Shown piece by piece: positions 46,860 to 58,884 of a stretch of 64,000 nt of DNA (its first letter is position 1; each line of letters starts with the position of its first letter). The notes beneath the pieces are model-generated. The model saw only the letters and a list, made by a program, of their open reading frames with translations, had not been told where the DNA came from and did no database searches. Made by a program: the position numbers and the translations under genes. The DNA comes from Naegleria gruberi (Eukaryota). Location: NCBI GenBank assembly GCA_000004985.1, contig GG738872.1; one strand, given 5' to 3'.

Positions 46860-49791
46860 ATGTCGACAAGTAAATTCTCAGCATCATCATCCAATGGTGG
46901 TGCGCTTGTAATGATGATGGCAAGTCTAATGTTATTGCTATTGACATCATTTATTGAAAGTGCTCCAATGTATCAACTTGATAATTTATCTAGAACAAGT
47001 AATGGTTATTCTGGTATTTTAACCTTGACACAAGGACAGTAAGTAAATCATCATCAAGTTCCGAAATTAACACACTAATGATGATGATAACAATGATATA
47101 TTGATGATGTATTGATAATAGAGGTCCTTATGGTGGTGACTATACAAAGTTAGCTTTGGATGTTTACTATGAAACACAAAATAGAGTTCACATTAAAATT
47201 ACTGATTTGGCAAAACAAAGATGGCAAGTTCCAAGTTGGATTATTAAATCAAAGACTCCTGCTAATGAACCTGCTGATAAAGATTATTTGGTCAATTTGA
47301 AAACATCTCCATTTGGACTTGAAATTTATAGAAAATCAACAATGGAATGTATTTTCAATACTACAAATATTCCACTCATTGTAAGTTTATCTCCTATCAA
47401 TAACTGTCAATATATAATGTTATTATTATTACTATTATTATAACTGTATTACAATTTCTAATAATCATGAATTTGGTTATAATATTTGATAACAATTCTA
47501 TGAATTAATCAATAGTTTGAAGATCAATTCATTTCATTTGGTACAAGTTTTGATAAAACTCAAAAATCCAAAGATCAAGGACAAGTTAATATTTATGGAT
47601 TTGGTGAAAGAGCTAGACCATTGAGATATACACCTGGTACTTATACAATGTGGAATTTAGATAATTTGAATACTCCAAATGAAAATTTATATGGTACTCA
47701 TCCATTCTATATGCAATATTATTCTAATAGTGGTCGTGCTCATGGTGCATTCTTATTTAATTCCAATGCAATGGATGTTACAATTACAGATGATAATTTA
47801 ATTTGGAAGACAATTGGTGGTGTTATTGATTTGTACGTTTTCACTGGTCCAACTCCAGAAGATGTTACTAAACAATATCACGAATTAATTGGCACTCCAT
47901 ATATGCCACCTTTCTGGACATTGGGATGGCATCAATGTAGATATGGTTACAAGAGTATTGATGAAGTTAAAACTGTTTATACTAAATATACTCAATATGG
48001 TATTCCATTAGATACTATGTGGAATGATATTGATTATATGGATGGTTATAGAGATTTTACAACTGATCCAATTAGATATCCAAAAGCTGAAGTTCGTCAA
48101 TTTGTTGAAAACTTAAAGGCAAAGAATCAACATTACGTTGTCATTATTGATCCAGGTATTAAATTTGAACAAGGTTACAAACCATATGATATTGGTAAAC
48201 AATTGAACGTTTTCATTAAGAAGAGTGATGGTGTTACTGATATTGTTAACACTGTTTGGCCAGGTTATTGTGTTTTCCCTGATTTTACTAATCCAAAGGC
48301 TATTCCATATTGGGAAAATTTGGTTGCTCAATTCTATTCTGAAATTCCAGTTTCTGGTTTATGGTTAGATATGTAAGTAGTAGATTTTGTTTCTATTTAT
48401 TTAACAATACTTTGGATTACCAATAATAATTGAATCAAATATAATGATATTAATAATAACAAAATAGGAATGAAGTCAGTTGTTTCTGTAATGGTACTTG
48501 TACTCCAACAAAGAAATACCAAAAAGTCAATAACAAATTTGATCCAAATAATCCACCATATGTTCCAGGAGGTAGACAACTCGATATGAAGACACTTTCA
48601 ATGGATGCTGTTCAACATATTTCCATTAATTATAACACTCACAGTTTGTATGGTCTCTATGAAGTTAATGCAACTGTTTCTGTTCTTCAAAAAGTTACTG
48701 GTAATAAGAGACCATTCATTTTAACTAGAAGTAGTTATCCTGGTTTGGGTGCTATTTCTGCTAAATGGTTAGGTGATAATGAAGCCACTTGGGAATCAAT
48801 GAGAAACAGTATTAGTGGTATGTTAGCTATGCAAATGTATGGTGTTGCATTGATTGGAGCTGATATTTGTGGTTTCATTGGTAATACTACTTATGAATTG
48901 TGTGCCAGATGGACTCAAATGGGTTCTTATTATCCATTCACTAGAAATCACAATGATATTAAGGCCAACGATCAAGAACCATACGTTTTTGGTCAAGAAT
49001 TTGTTGATATGACTAAGAGAGTTCTTGCTAATCGTTATTCATTGTTGAATTTCTATTATACTCAATTCTATGATGTTCATGTTAATGGAGGTGGTGTTGT
49101 TCAACCATTGTTCTATGTTTTCGGTCATGCTGATTCAAATCCATTATTGGCAACTATTGATACTCAATTTATGGTTGGTAAATCATTAATGATTATTCCA
49201 GTATTAGAAGCAGGTGTTAAGAGTGTTAAGGGATACATTCCAAAGCATAAGCCAGGTTGGTTTGATTATTTCAGTGGTGAATTGATTTCTGCTACTGGAG
49301 GTGAAACAATGGAATTTGATGCTCCATTGCTTGGTTATACTCCAACTTTGATTGCTGCTGCCAAGATTGTTCAAAAGCAAATTCCATCATTAACTACTTT
49401 TGATACCAGAAGAAATCCATTCCAACTTACAATTGCTTTATGTCAACATGAATTCCATGCTAATGGTCAAATTTATTTAGATGACGGTGAAACTGCTGAA
49501 ACTATTGAAAGAGGAGTTTATTCATTGGTTGATATTCAAGCTAAACGTATTTCACAAAATGTTCTTACTCTCGTTACTAAGGTTGTTAAGGATGAATATC
49601 AAACTAATATTCCAAAATTGGATCAAGTTACATTCTACGGTTATCCATTAACTAGTGAAGTTTGTACTGTTACTGTTAATGGTAATGCATACCATAGAAT
49701 AACAATTGAAGCAAAGAAGAGAATTGTTACAATGCGTGGTCTTGGATTACATTTACTTGAATCTAATTTAATTGTCATTACATGTCAATAA
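46860..49791 (+). CDS. Secreted/lysosomal alpha-glucosidase, glycoside hydrolase family 31. Four exons, 46860..47038, 47122..47380, 47516..48372 and 48468..49791.
   Basis: It has an N-terminal signal peptide (ALVMMMASLMLLLLTSFIESA). GH31 motifs include YGFGERA, the WNDIDYMD region and GLWLDM|NE spanning intron 3. Introns are gtaagt...ataatag (47039..47121, 83 nt; phase 2), gtaagt...caatag (47381..47515, 135 nt; phase 0) and gtaagt...aaatag (48373..48467, 95 nt; phase 2). Exon junctions reproduce conserved GH31 sequence. Confidence 0.85.
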
Positions 49792-50292
49792 TTAGCTCAA
49801 AATTAATTTATTAATAAAACAACATTCTGAAATGTTCAATTCTTGATTGTGGTTGACTTCAAGATAGAAATGTACCAAATCTATTAATACTTTCCAACTC
49901 GATCTTTACATTGATAGTCATTTTCCAAATATTCATTAATTGTATTATCTATCATTCTTCTTATCATCATCCTATTCCCTGCATCAACGTTTAATAATTA
50001 TAATATTATTATTAATATTGGAGCTTAGGAATTGCAAAGATTCTTCCACCATTCCGTTCTCTCAACATCTCTCATCACTCTCACACACAGCAAGGTTGTA
50101 AACAACAAACACGCTAGCCAATGAATCTTTTGCCTTGAGTTGTGTTCCCCAATCACAACGCGTTGTTTGCTGCTGGCAGGCGAAGAGAATAAACAAAGCC
50201 TGACCAACGCACATCTTGTTTGAATCGTTTTCGAAAAAAAAATAACAACAACCCCACTTTCTTACTACCCGTAACAATTTTAAATTTAAAAA

Positions 50293-51516
50293 ATGGTTAA
50301 TAATGATATTACCGTAACTGTAGAAGATGACTACAAGCAAAAGAGCGGAAAGGCTAGATATGAACAAAAAGAAGTTAAGGAATTTGATGATATGAATCTT
50401 AAGGAAGATTTACTCAGAGGAATTTACTCTTATGGTTTTGAAAAGCCATCAATTATCCAACAACGTGCCATCTTGCCAATCACTACTTCTGAACCACCAG
50501 CAGACGTTATTGGTCAAGCCCAATCTGGTACTGGTAAGACTGCTACTTTTACTATTTCATTGCTTCAAAGATTAAATATTTCTCCTGATGTTATCCAACC
50601 ACAAGGACTTGTTTTGGCTCCAACAAGAGAATTGGCTCAACAAATCCACAAGGTCATCATGTCATTGGGTGAATATATGAAGGTTAAAGTACACGCTTGT
50701 GTTGGTGGTACTAAAGTTCAACACGATATTGCCATTCTTGAAGAAGGTGTCCACATTATTGTTGGTACTCCTGGACGTGTTTTCCACATGATTCAAAGTG
50801 GTCACTTGAACGTTAACAGCATTAAGATGTTAGTTATCGATGAAGCCGACGAAATGTTGAGCAGAGGTTTCAAGGATCAAATTTATGCCATCTTTAAGAA
50901 TCTCCCACAAGATATGCAAGTCTGTTTGTTCAGTGCTACTATGCCAACTGAAGTTTTGGAAATTACTGACAAGTTTATGAGAGATCCTATTAGAATTTTG
51001 GTAAAGAAGGAAGAATTGACATTGGAAGGTATTAAACAATTCTACATTTCAGTTGATAGAGAAGACTACAAGTTTGAAACTTTGTGTGATTTGTACAAGG
51101 TTTTGACTATTTCCCAATGTGTCATTTTCTGTAACTCACGTAAAAAGGTCGAACAATTGGCTGAACAACTTAACAAGAAGGACTTTACTGTCTCCTGTAT
51201 GCACGGTGAAATGGATCCAAAGGATCGTGAATTGATTATGCACGAATTCAGAACTAGTGCTTCTCGTGTTTTGATTACTACTGACTTGTTGGCTCGTGGT
51301 ATTGACGTTCACCACGTTTCCTTGGTTATTAACTTTGACTTGCCACGTCACAAGGAAAATTACCTCCACAGAATTGGTAGATCTGGTAGATATGGTCGTA
51401 AGGGTGTTGCCATCAACTTTGTCACCAAAGATGATGTTAGATCCTTGAGAGAAATCGAAAAGTTCTACTCTACTTCTATTGAAGAATGTCCTAACAACAT
51501 TGCCGAATTGATTTAA
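50293..51516 (+). CDS. EIF4A: Eukaryotic translation initiation factor 4A (DEAD-box RNA helicase).
   Basis: Motifs present are [13 protein letters not shown] (motif I), [17 protein letters not shown] (DEAD), SAT, and [19 protein letters not shown] (motif VI). It is a single 407-aa exon with an A-rich Kozak-like context upstream. Confidence 0.9.
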   Translation: MVNNDITVTVEDDYKQKSGKARYEQKEVKEFDDMNLKEDLLRGIYSYGFEKPSIIQQRAILPITTSEPPADVIGQAQSGTGKTATFTISLLQRLNISPDVIQPQGLVLAPTRELAQQIHKVIMSLGEYMKVKVHACVGGTKVQHDIAILEEGVHIIVGTPGRVFHMIQSGHLNVNSIKMLVIDEADEMLSRGFKDQIYAIFKNLPQDMQVCLFSATMPTEVLEITDKFMRDPIRILVKKEELTLEGIKQFYISVDREDYKFETLCDLYKVLTISQCVIFCNSRKKVEQLAEQLNKKDFTVSCMHGEMDPKDRELIMHEFRTSASRVLITTDLLARGIDVHHVSLVINFDLPRHKENYLHRIGRSGRYGRKGVAINFVTKDDVRSLREIEKFYSTSIEECPNNIAELI

Positions 51517-51664
51517 TTTTGTAATATCCCTCTATCAAATGGAATTTTCCTTTTGATAATTTTAACCTTTTAATTGAATTTAAATTATCTCCTCTCTCCC
51601 CTCATTATTTACACTCTAGACAATAAACACACAACCCGTTCCAAATTAATTTAATATTTAAATT

Positions 51665-54600
51665 TTATTTCAAAGACGAACTTGATATTTCCGAAACAAT
51701 TTTGAATAAGCTCTCATCCAAAATCCATTCAAGGGTTTGTTGAAATTCTGGACTAGACAAGACTTCTCCCTTGTTTGTTTTTTGTTTGATTGCTGATGTT
51801 GAAAGTGAAGTTGACATTCTTGATGATGCTCTTGAAGATGTACTCGAGTTGGAAGTATTGTTATTGGTCATTTGTAAGGAAGAATTAGCTTTTGAAAGTT
51901 GACTAGAACTTTCTCTTGACTTTTGCATGCTTGACCTCAAACTATATATTCCTGAAGCAGGTCTTGAACTTCTAGGTGTTTCAGCAAATTCACAATAGAA
52001 TAAGCTTGATTCTTCGTCTTGTTGTTTGAGAATTTCTTGTTCAGTTTCAGTGTCGTTTATAATTTCTTGTAGCATGCCAGCCAAAATATCAGTAAAGATA
52101 CCCTTATCTATACTTGATGATACAGAGATATTCTTAGCATTATTCGATCTATTCTCAATTTCATAGTTGTTGTTTGATAATTGTGGAATGTAATGAGTTT
52201 CCCATTGATTTCTTGTTGAAGGACTGTATTTGTAATTTTCCATACTAACAGTTACAGCTTTAACTGAAATCAATAATTTAGTCTTTGTCATTGGTTGCAA
52301 CCCAAATTTGTCATAAGTTGGTGAAGGTGGTCTTTCTAATGCTTTTGGTTTGGCAACTGTCTTTGAAACAGGTAAATATCTTGGAATATTTGTTGAATAA
52401 GCAGCCATTGTTAAATGATTATCACGAGAAATTGTACTCTTACTAATAACAGATTCTCGCTTTGTTGTACTCTTTGAAATTGCTTTTGGAATAATTCTTC
52501 CCTTATTCAATCTATTACTTGAATTTGCAAAATGTTCCTTAATAGATAAAATACTCTTATCACTCATCACATCAGAAACATCATCATCCAAACTCTTAAC
52601 AGTTCTTATCAATGTTTCTTCATACTTTTTCTTTCTTTGGTCCTTTCTTTCCCTTCTACTTATATTTGTAATTTCACAATAAATATCACAATCTAATAAT
52701 TGTGGAACTGCTCCAACATTGAGTGTAACTTTACAAACTTTGAACTCCTGAGGAGCAAGAGTACAAGTTTTAGGTTCAATTACCATTACCGAACTTAATT
52801 GTTGATCATCTAATGGTATTGTTGAATTCCAATCAAATGTAATTGAATCTTGAGAAAGATTTGTAACTGTTATCAATCTTCTATTTACAGATAAACATGG
52901 ACATGTTTCAAAATCTAAAACTTCTGATGAAAAATGGACTATTTGATTTGGTGTTTGTACTTGTTGAATTGGTTGTAAAGATGTTGGTAAATAGTTTACA
53001 ATAATATCTTCTGATGGTTCTTCCTCTTCTTCTTCTTCAATACTTAAAGGAGTGTTAGACCTTCCATCAACACCTTTTCCTTTTAGAGTCATGTTATAAA
53101 CTAAATCAGATCCAATCATGTGAATTTGCATATTCAATTCATATGTTTTAACTTCAATAGGTTTAAAAACAAATCTTAGATAAATAAAATGATTAGCAGG
53201 AACAATACTCTTCTTGTTTTCCAAAGTTAAAACATCAAAATCATAATTTTCAACTGATAATTGCTTAAATGGAAATTCATCAATATTAATTTCAATATCT
53301 TGATCTGTTGGATTGGCAACTTTAACATATTGTATTGGATGATCTTCAGCTCCAATTTCTTGTTCTTCAAATTCATGTTCCATTGAAGCAAATTGCAAAT
53401 GTTGTTGATTTCGGGCAAGTGTTTGACCAGTCATATGAAGTGTAAAACATCTTCCATTTCTAACTTGTACTAAAACAGGTAATTCATGAATCTCTGCAAT
53501 CTTATGTCTATAAATAAAGGCAATGAGAGCCTTTTCGCCTGGTTCGAGTGTTCCCTTATTAGGTTGAATTTCAAAGAGTTTGTTTACGTATATACTGAGG
53601 GCTTTCAACTCTTCATCTGTTCTTGCCACTTGATCGTGAGCCCATTTTTCAACATTAACGATAGTATCAAATGTAGTGGTGAGTGAGAATTGTGCTTTCA
53701 CTTTACCAATATTTTCTAAAGTAACAAATACAACTGAATCATCTGAATCAATTGGTCTTGAACCAAAATCACAATAGAATCTATTCAATTCTTGAATTGA
53801 AGTGTTAAAGTTTGTAATATTTGATTCAACATCTTCAGAATTACTGATCTTTCTCAATTCGTTATTAATTGCATTGATGGAAAATTGATGCCACATATCA
53901 GATTTTGAATATATTTCACTCTTTACATCTGTTATGCCTATTTGGGGATATGCACCAATACCAATCATTTCACATTTTGGTAAATCAATCATTTGTTCCA
54001 TTGTTGTTAATTCCTGACTCAACCTACAATAAACAATAAATTTATCCACTCTTCTATTATGAGGACAATAGGTAATTCTTATTTGTTTGTGGGATCTAGC
54101 AGGAACCTTGCCTTTGGGAGATTCAATATTTAAAGAAGTATCTGATAAGGCTTCTGTCTCTTCTTGTTCTGATTCTTCATTAACAATGAGTTCATAAGGC
54201 AAATCACATTCACTAGAATTGAAAAGTGTAATAATTTTAACACATTGATCATCAACTAGTACATTTCCAAAATCGATATTTGCTGGTTCCATAGTGATTC
54301 CAGCACTTGTACCTTCTCCTAATAGTGTTAAGAAAACTCTAGATCTTACAGGTTCCTTATTAACTTCAGCAACACTAGATATTATACATGGAACTTTGAT
54401 TGTAAAACCCTTTTCATCTGGAGGACAGAATGTCCATGTTATTTTCTGAGTTTCATTTCCATTCAATACTCCTGTTTTCTTACTTACTACAAATGTTGAA
54501 ACAAATTCTTTTGGAACATCCCATTCATATGATATTGGAATTCTTGAAGGATTGAAAATAGTAATTTCTTTGGTGGAGGTGGTTCCGATATGGGTTGGTT

Positions 54601-57026
54601 TAAAGAAAACTTTTGAATCTTTCCCAAAATTAAGTGTTGGCATGAAACTCATTCCAAATAATGGAATATTGACGGTATGATTTGGAGAATCATTAAACAA
54701 ACAATTTACACTCTCTTGGAATGTACCTGGTTCATCAGGTGTAAATTTGAAAACAACAATTTGGAAGGATTTCTTTTGAACCATACCACTTTGTGGAATA
54801 CACATAAAGTGTTTCCTTTGTCTTTCTGTTAAAATGAATTCAAAAGGCATTGGAATATCATTCTCGTTATAAATTGTATAGGATCTATATGTTGTATCAC
54901 CAGTTAAACAAGAAGGGAATGTAACTGTTGTTGGTGGTTGAAGAGTATATCTAGGAATGAAAGCAGCAGTGTTATTAAAAGTATTACCAAACACTCTAAG
55001 CGGAAGAGACCAAGGTGGTACAAATGTTTGAGAATTCACCAATCTAAAACTTCTATTTGTCTTGAAATAACAAACAAATTCAATCTCGCTTCCATAAAAT
55101 TGATTATCATATGAAGGTCTAAAACCAATCTTGAAAGAGAAGGTACTCATTGGTTGAATATCAATCGTTTCAGGAAAGACAACAAATGGAGAAGGATTTC
55201 CATCACATGTTGGAATATGAACATCACAAGTTATTTTGCCATTGGTTCTATTGGCAAGTGTCACTGTTTTATATTCAGCCATTCTAAATCTTGAACAACT
55301 TCCAAATGAAACACTATTATAATTAATCGAAACTGGATTGTTATAATCTGAAATATTAGAGAAATATTCTCTCAATGTCATTTCAATATTTTCTCTGATT
55401 GCATCTGTTGTTGATGTTTGATTCGATAAGAGTTGAGTCAAGTTGGATAAATTAACTTTTTCTTCTTGAGAAAGAGAATCTGTTTTTCCACTTTCAGAAA
55501 GTTCAATAAATGTTTCCAATTCTGTTGGAGAATATGATGGAAATCCTTTATATATCCTTTCTTTGTAAGCATAAACTTCCTTAATAGAAAATGGAGGAGG
55601 TCTCCTTGATGATGTAAAACTAGTTCCCAGCAAGTCAATAAACTTTTCATGATTATTCACTTCAATAATGTTGTAAAACAACTTACAGTAATACCTTGAT
55701 TCTTTACAACAACGAACACTCTTCTATAATAATTGATAGGTTTCTCTGGGAAAAATGTGATGGTAATTTGTCTTGTTTGTCTTGCTGATACAACACCAGT
55801 TGTTTTATCAAATTTGAAACATCCTTCAGCATCAACCTTAATATTATATTCAGCATCCATATTCGATTTGTTTTCTAAAGTTAATAATCTCTTCACCTCC
55901 TTTCCTTGCGGAATATCTCCAAAGTTAATAGACATGGGTGAAATTACTAATTCCGGACCTACACCAAAACCAGAACAAGCTAATTTTACAGAATTTCCTC
56001 CTGGTGTAGATATTAAATAATTATTACAATCAAATGAATCAATAGTTGTTGGATTATAGGTTATGGTGATTTGTTGGGTCGTTCCTGGAAGAATAATTTG
56101 AGATTGAGGTTCAAAGGTGAAAATATCCTCAATATAGTCATTTTCTACTCGTTCTATGGTGTATGAGGCAGGTACCAATGATGTATTCTTAACAGTTATA
56201 GTCTTCCTAGCAGTTACATCAATTGGACACTTTCCAAAAGAGGCAGTTGTTTCACTTGCAACAATGTGTGGTATTTTACCAACACCTTGTATTTGCATTT
56301 GTAAAGAGTCTCCATTTGATAATTTACAAATACCAGTTGACACATATGATGAAGCTTCTTTTGGTGCAAAGAATGTATTAATGGTGATTGTTTCTCCTAC
56401 TTGTAATTTTCCATATGCAGGTTTGCAATTAAATGGCTGTTTTACTTGCCAGTTCTAAATAACTNGGAATATCCAAACAAACTCTTGGCAATAAGGCCAT
56501 CAAATTTACAGAAAATTCTCCTTTCTTCAAAACTGTCAATTTTACAGAATCAGTATAGTTTTTCTAAATACATATTAAGAATTGATCATTATACAAAATA
56601 ATTACCTTTTCAATTGGTCGGAATTTAACTTCAAAAGAGATTGAAACACCAGGACTTATCTTTGCAGGTTCGGGAAAAGCCATAAAGAAAGTCTTTGATT
56701 TTGGTAATTCATATTTTACTTCCACTACTTCAGTTCCGACGTTTTTTACTACAATCTTTTTTAAATAATCACCTCCAATTTCCCTATAAATTATAATGAC
56801 AATGATGATGAATAATATATTAAGGTTTGTATGTTATTGTTTTCTCTTGCAATACATACCAACTTTTCCAAACTAATTCGCTTGTAATTTCAACTCCATG
56901 CACTTTTTGTGTTCTTGTTGAAATAAAACTCGTTCCTACAATACTACTAGAGGCATTACTTTTTGAAAAGTTGTAACTTCCATCCGATATTGATGGTGAA
57001 TTATTAGCCTTCCGACTGAAACTCAT
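51665..57026 (-). CDS. Large protein (>1700 aa) built from multiple ASH/MSP-like (PapD-like Ig-fold) domains with an S/N-rich C-terminal tail. At least five exons, with exon 1 ending ~56860.
   Basis: ASH/MSP signatures recur: PFNCKPAYGKLQVGETITINTFFAPKE, GEIGGDYLKKIVVKNVGTEVVEV, and FVVFPETIDIQPMSTFSFKIGFRP. Exon 1 encodes MSFSRKANNS...ITSELVWKSW, starting at ATG 57024-57026. I inferred 76-nt, 42-nt and 44-nt introns (55643..55686: ...VVVKNQGIT|FIDLLGTSF). There is one unresolved frame change next to the ambiguous base at 56465. I cannot assign the exact family (Hydin/DLEC1/CFAP65/Cep192-like). Confidence 0.6.
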
Positions 57027-57341
57027 TTTTTTCAAAGTGATTAAACAGAAAGGCTTTGAAATCATCACCTCAACCAACTACTATTACTTGTAGTGATTTT
57101 GGAGGGAAATTATTTTTGGCGCTCTTTTTTTCAAAGCCTTTTCTCAAGCCTTTCATCTTTTCATCTAAATAATCTTGAACTGGTTAGAGGAAACATTAAT
57201 ATTTCTCAGGATTTTATATGAAATCATTGATGACCTCTTCATTGGAATTTCTTCATTCACACCTAAAAAGTCATTGCAAATTCACCTTTCCATATTCACA
57301 CTTGACTGTCTCTTCATCCTGCCACTCGTCAATCAAAAAAA

Positions 57342-57445
57342 ATGTCTTCACTACCAACAACATCATCACTTGATAATAACAATACTATTCAACAAGAAGA
57401 CAAACATAGACCTACTATATCAATCTCTTCATCTACTAATACTTC

Positions 57446-57480
<35 letters not shown>

Positions 57481-58884
57481 CATATTAATAATTCTAATAA
57501 TAATAATAGTAAAAATAATCATTTATTAAAATCATTCTTTTTAAAAATCTTTCATAAATCCAATAATTCAAATAATTCCAATAATAATGAATTAAAAAGA
57601 AATCAATCATTTTTTGATCGTTTTAAAAGAAAAAAAAAAGATTTAAATGAAAATGATTTATCACCATCAGCTGCAAGTAGTTTATCTTTAAATGATTTAC
57701 CTGATGTTATTAATATAGATGATGATGATGATGATATTCATATTCATGATGATAATGTATCTATTAATAATAATAATAATACTAGTAATAATTTAAATAA
57801 TAATAATTTTAATATTAATAATTTTAATAAATATATTTATTTATTTAATGCAAATTCTAATAAATTAAATATTTATAATAAATATAATGATGAAAATGAT
57901 GAAAATGATAATGAATTAAAATGTATAAATGAAATAATGGATCATACAGATGATATAAATTGTATTTTAAATTTTGATAATTTATTATTTACAGGTTCAC
58001 ATGATAATTCAATTAATTTTTATAAAATTAATGAAAATAATTTAAATTTAATTACAAAATTTCAAGATGAAACAAATACTTTAGAAAGTTTATCAAATTA
58101 TAAAAAAACAAATTTAATTTCTGGTTCAAGAGATAAAATTATTAGAATTAGAAATTTAGATTCTGAAAATGGAAATTTAATAAAATTAGAAGGTCATACT
58201 AGTTGGATTCATTGCGTTTATGGTGGAAGTGATAATTTAAATAATTCTAATAATTCTAATTCTAATAATATATTATATGAATCACATTTATTTTCATCAC
58301 AAAGAAGTACAACATTAAATGAAAGTGATATCTATATTTGGAATATTGAATATGGAAATATAGTACAAAAATTACGTGGACATGAATCAACAGTTTATAA
58401 AATGACACAAATTAATTCACTTCTTGTTTCTGCATCACAAGATAGTAGTGTTAAATTATGGGATTTAAAATCAAATCAATTAGTTGGTGATTTGAGAGGT
58501 CATAATGATTGGGTTAAAGATGTTATTAATCCATCAATTCTTAATTCATCATCTTCATTATCATCTACATCATCATTTGAAATTGTTTCATGTTCAATGG
58601 ATGGTAGTATTAAATTATGGGATATTAGAAAAATGTCAACTTCAACTAGTCATTCAAATGATTTAAATAATTCTATTAATAATAATTCCAATAATAATAA
58701 TGGATCATCATCATTAATAGAAACTATTTATCAAAATGAACAAATTGGATTTAATTGTATATATCCACATGATAGTAAATATTGGTATTTTGGATCTAAT
58801 CAAAGTGGTAAATTACATTTATATAATTTCAAAGATAAGAAATTTAAAGAATTACATCTTGTTAGCACCACCTTGACTATGTGA
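57342..58884 (+). CDS. WD40-repeat protein with a long N/D-rich N-terminal region. The start codon is uncertain.
   Basis: WD repeats sit in the C-terminal half (SGSRDKIIRIRNL, SASQDSSVKLWDL, SCSMDGSIKLWDI). An A-rich-context ATG at 57342 (MSSLPTTSS...) is in frame 0 and terminates at ~57487 inside an (AAT)n tract. The long ORF 57175..58884 is in frame 1. Confidence 0.5.
57447..57476. repeat. (AAT)n microsatellite, ~10 units.
   Basis: Direct reading: aataataataataataataataataat. Confidence 0.9.

Noticed and set aside
57175-57341. Upstream extension of ORF 57175..58884 (poly-Ile/Leu text such as LLILLIIIIIIIIIILH)
   Set aside because: It is a frame artefact of reading the promoter and the (AAT)n tract in frame 1. 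A proper A-rich-context ATG at 57342 exists in another frame.
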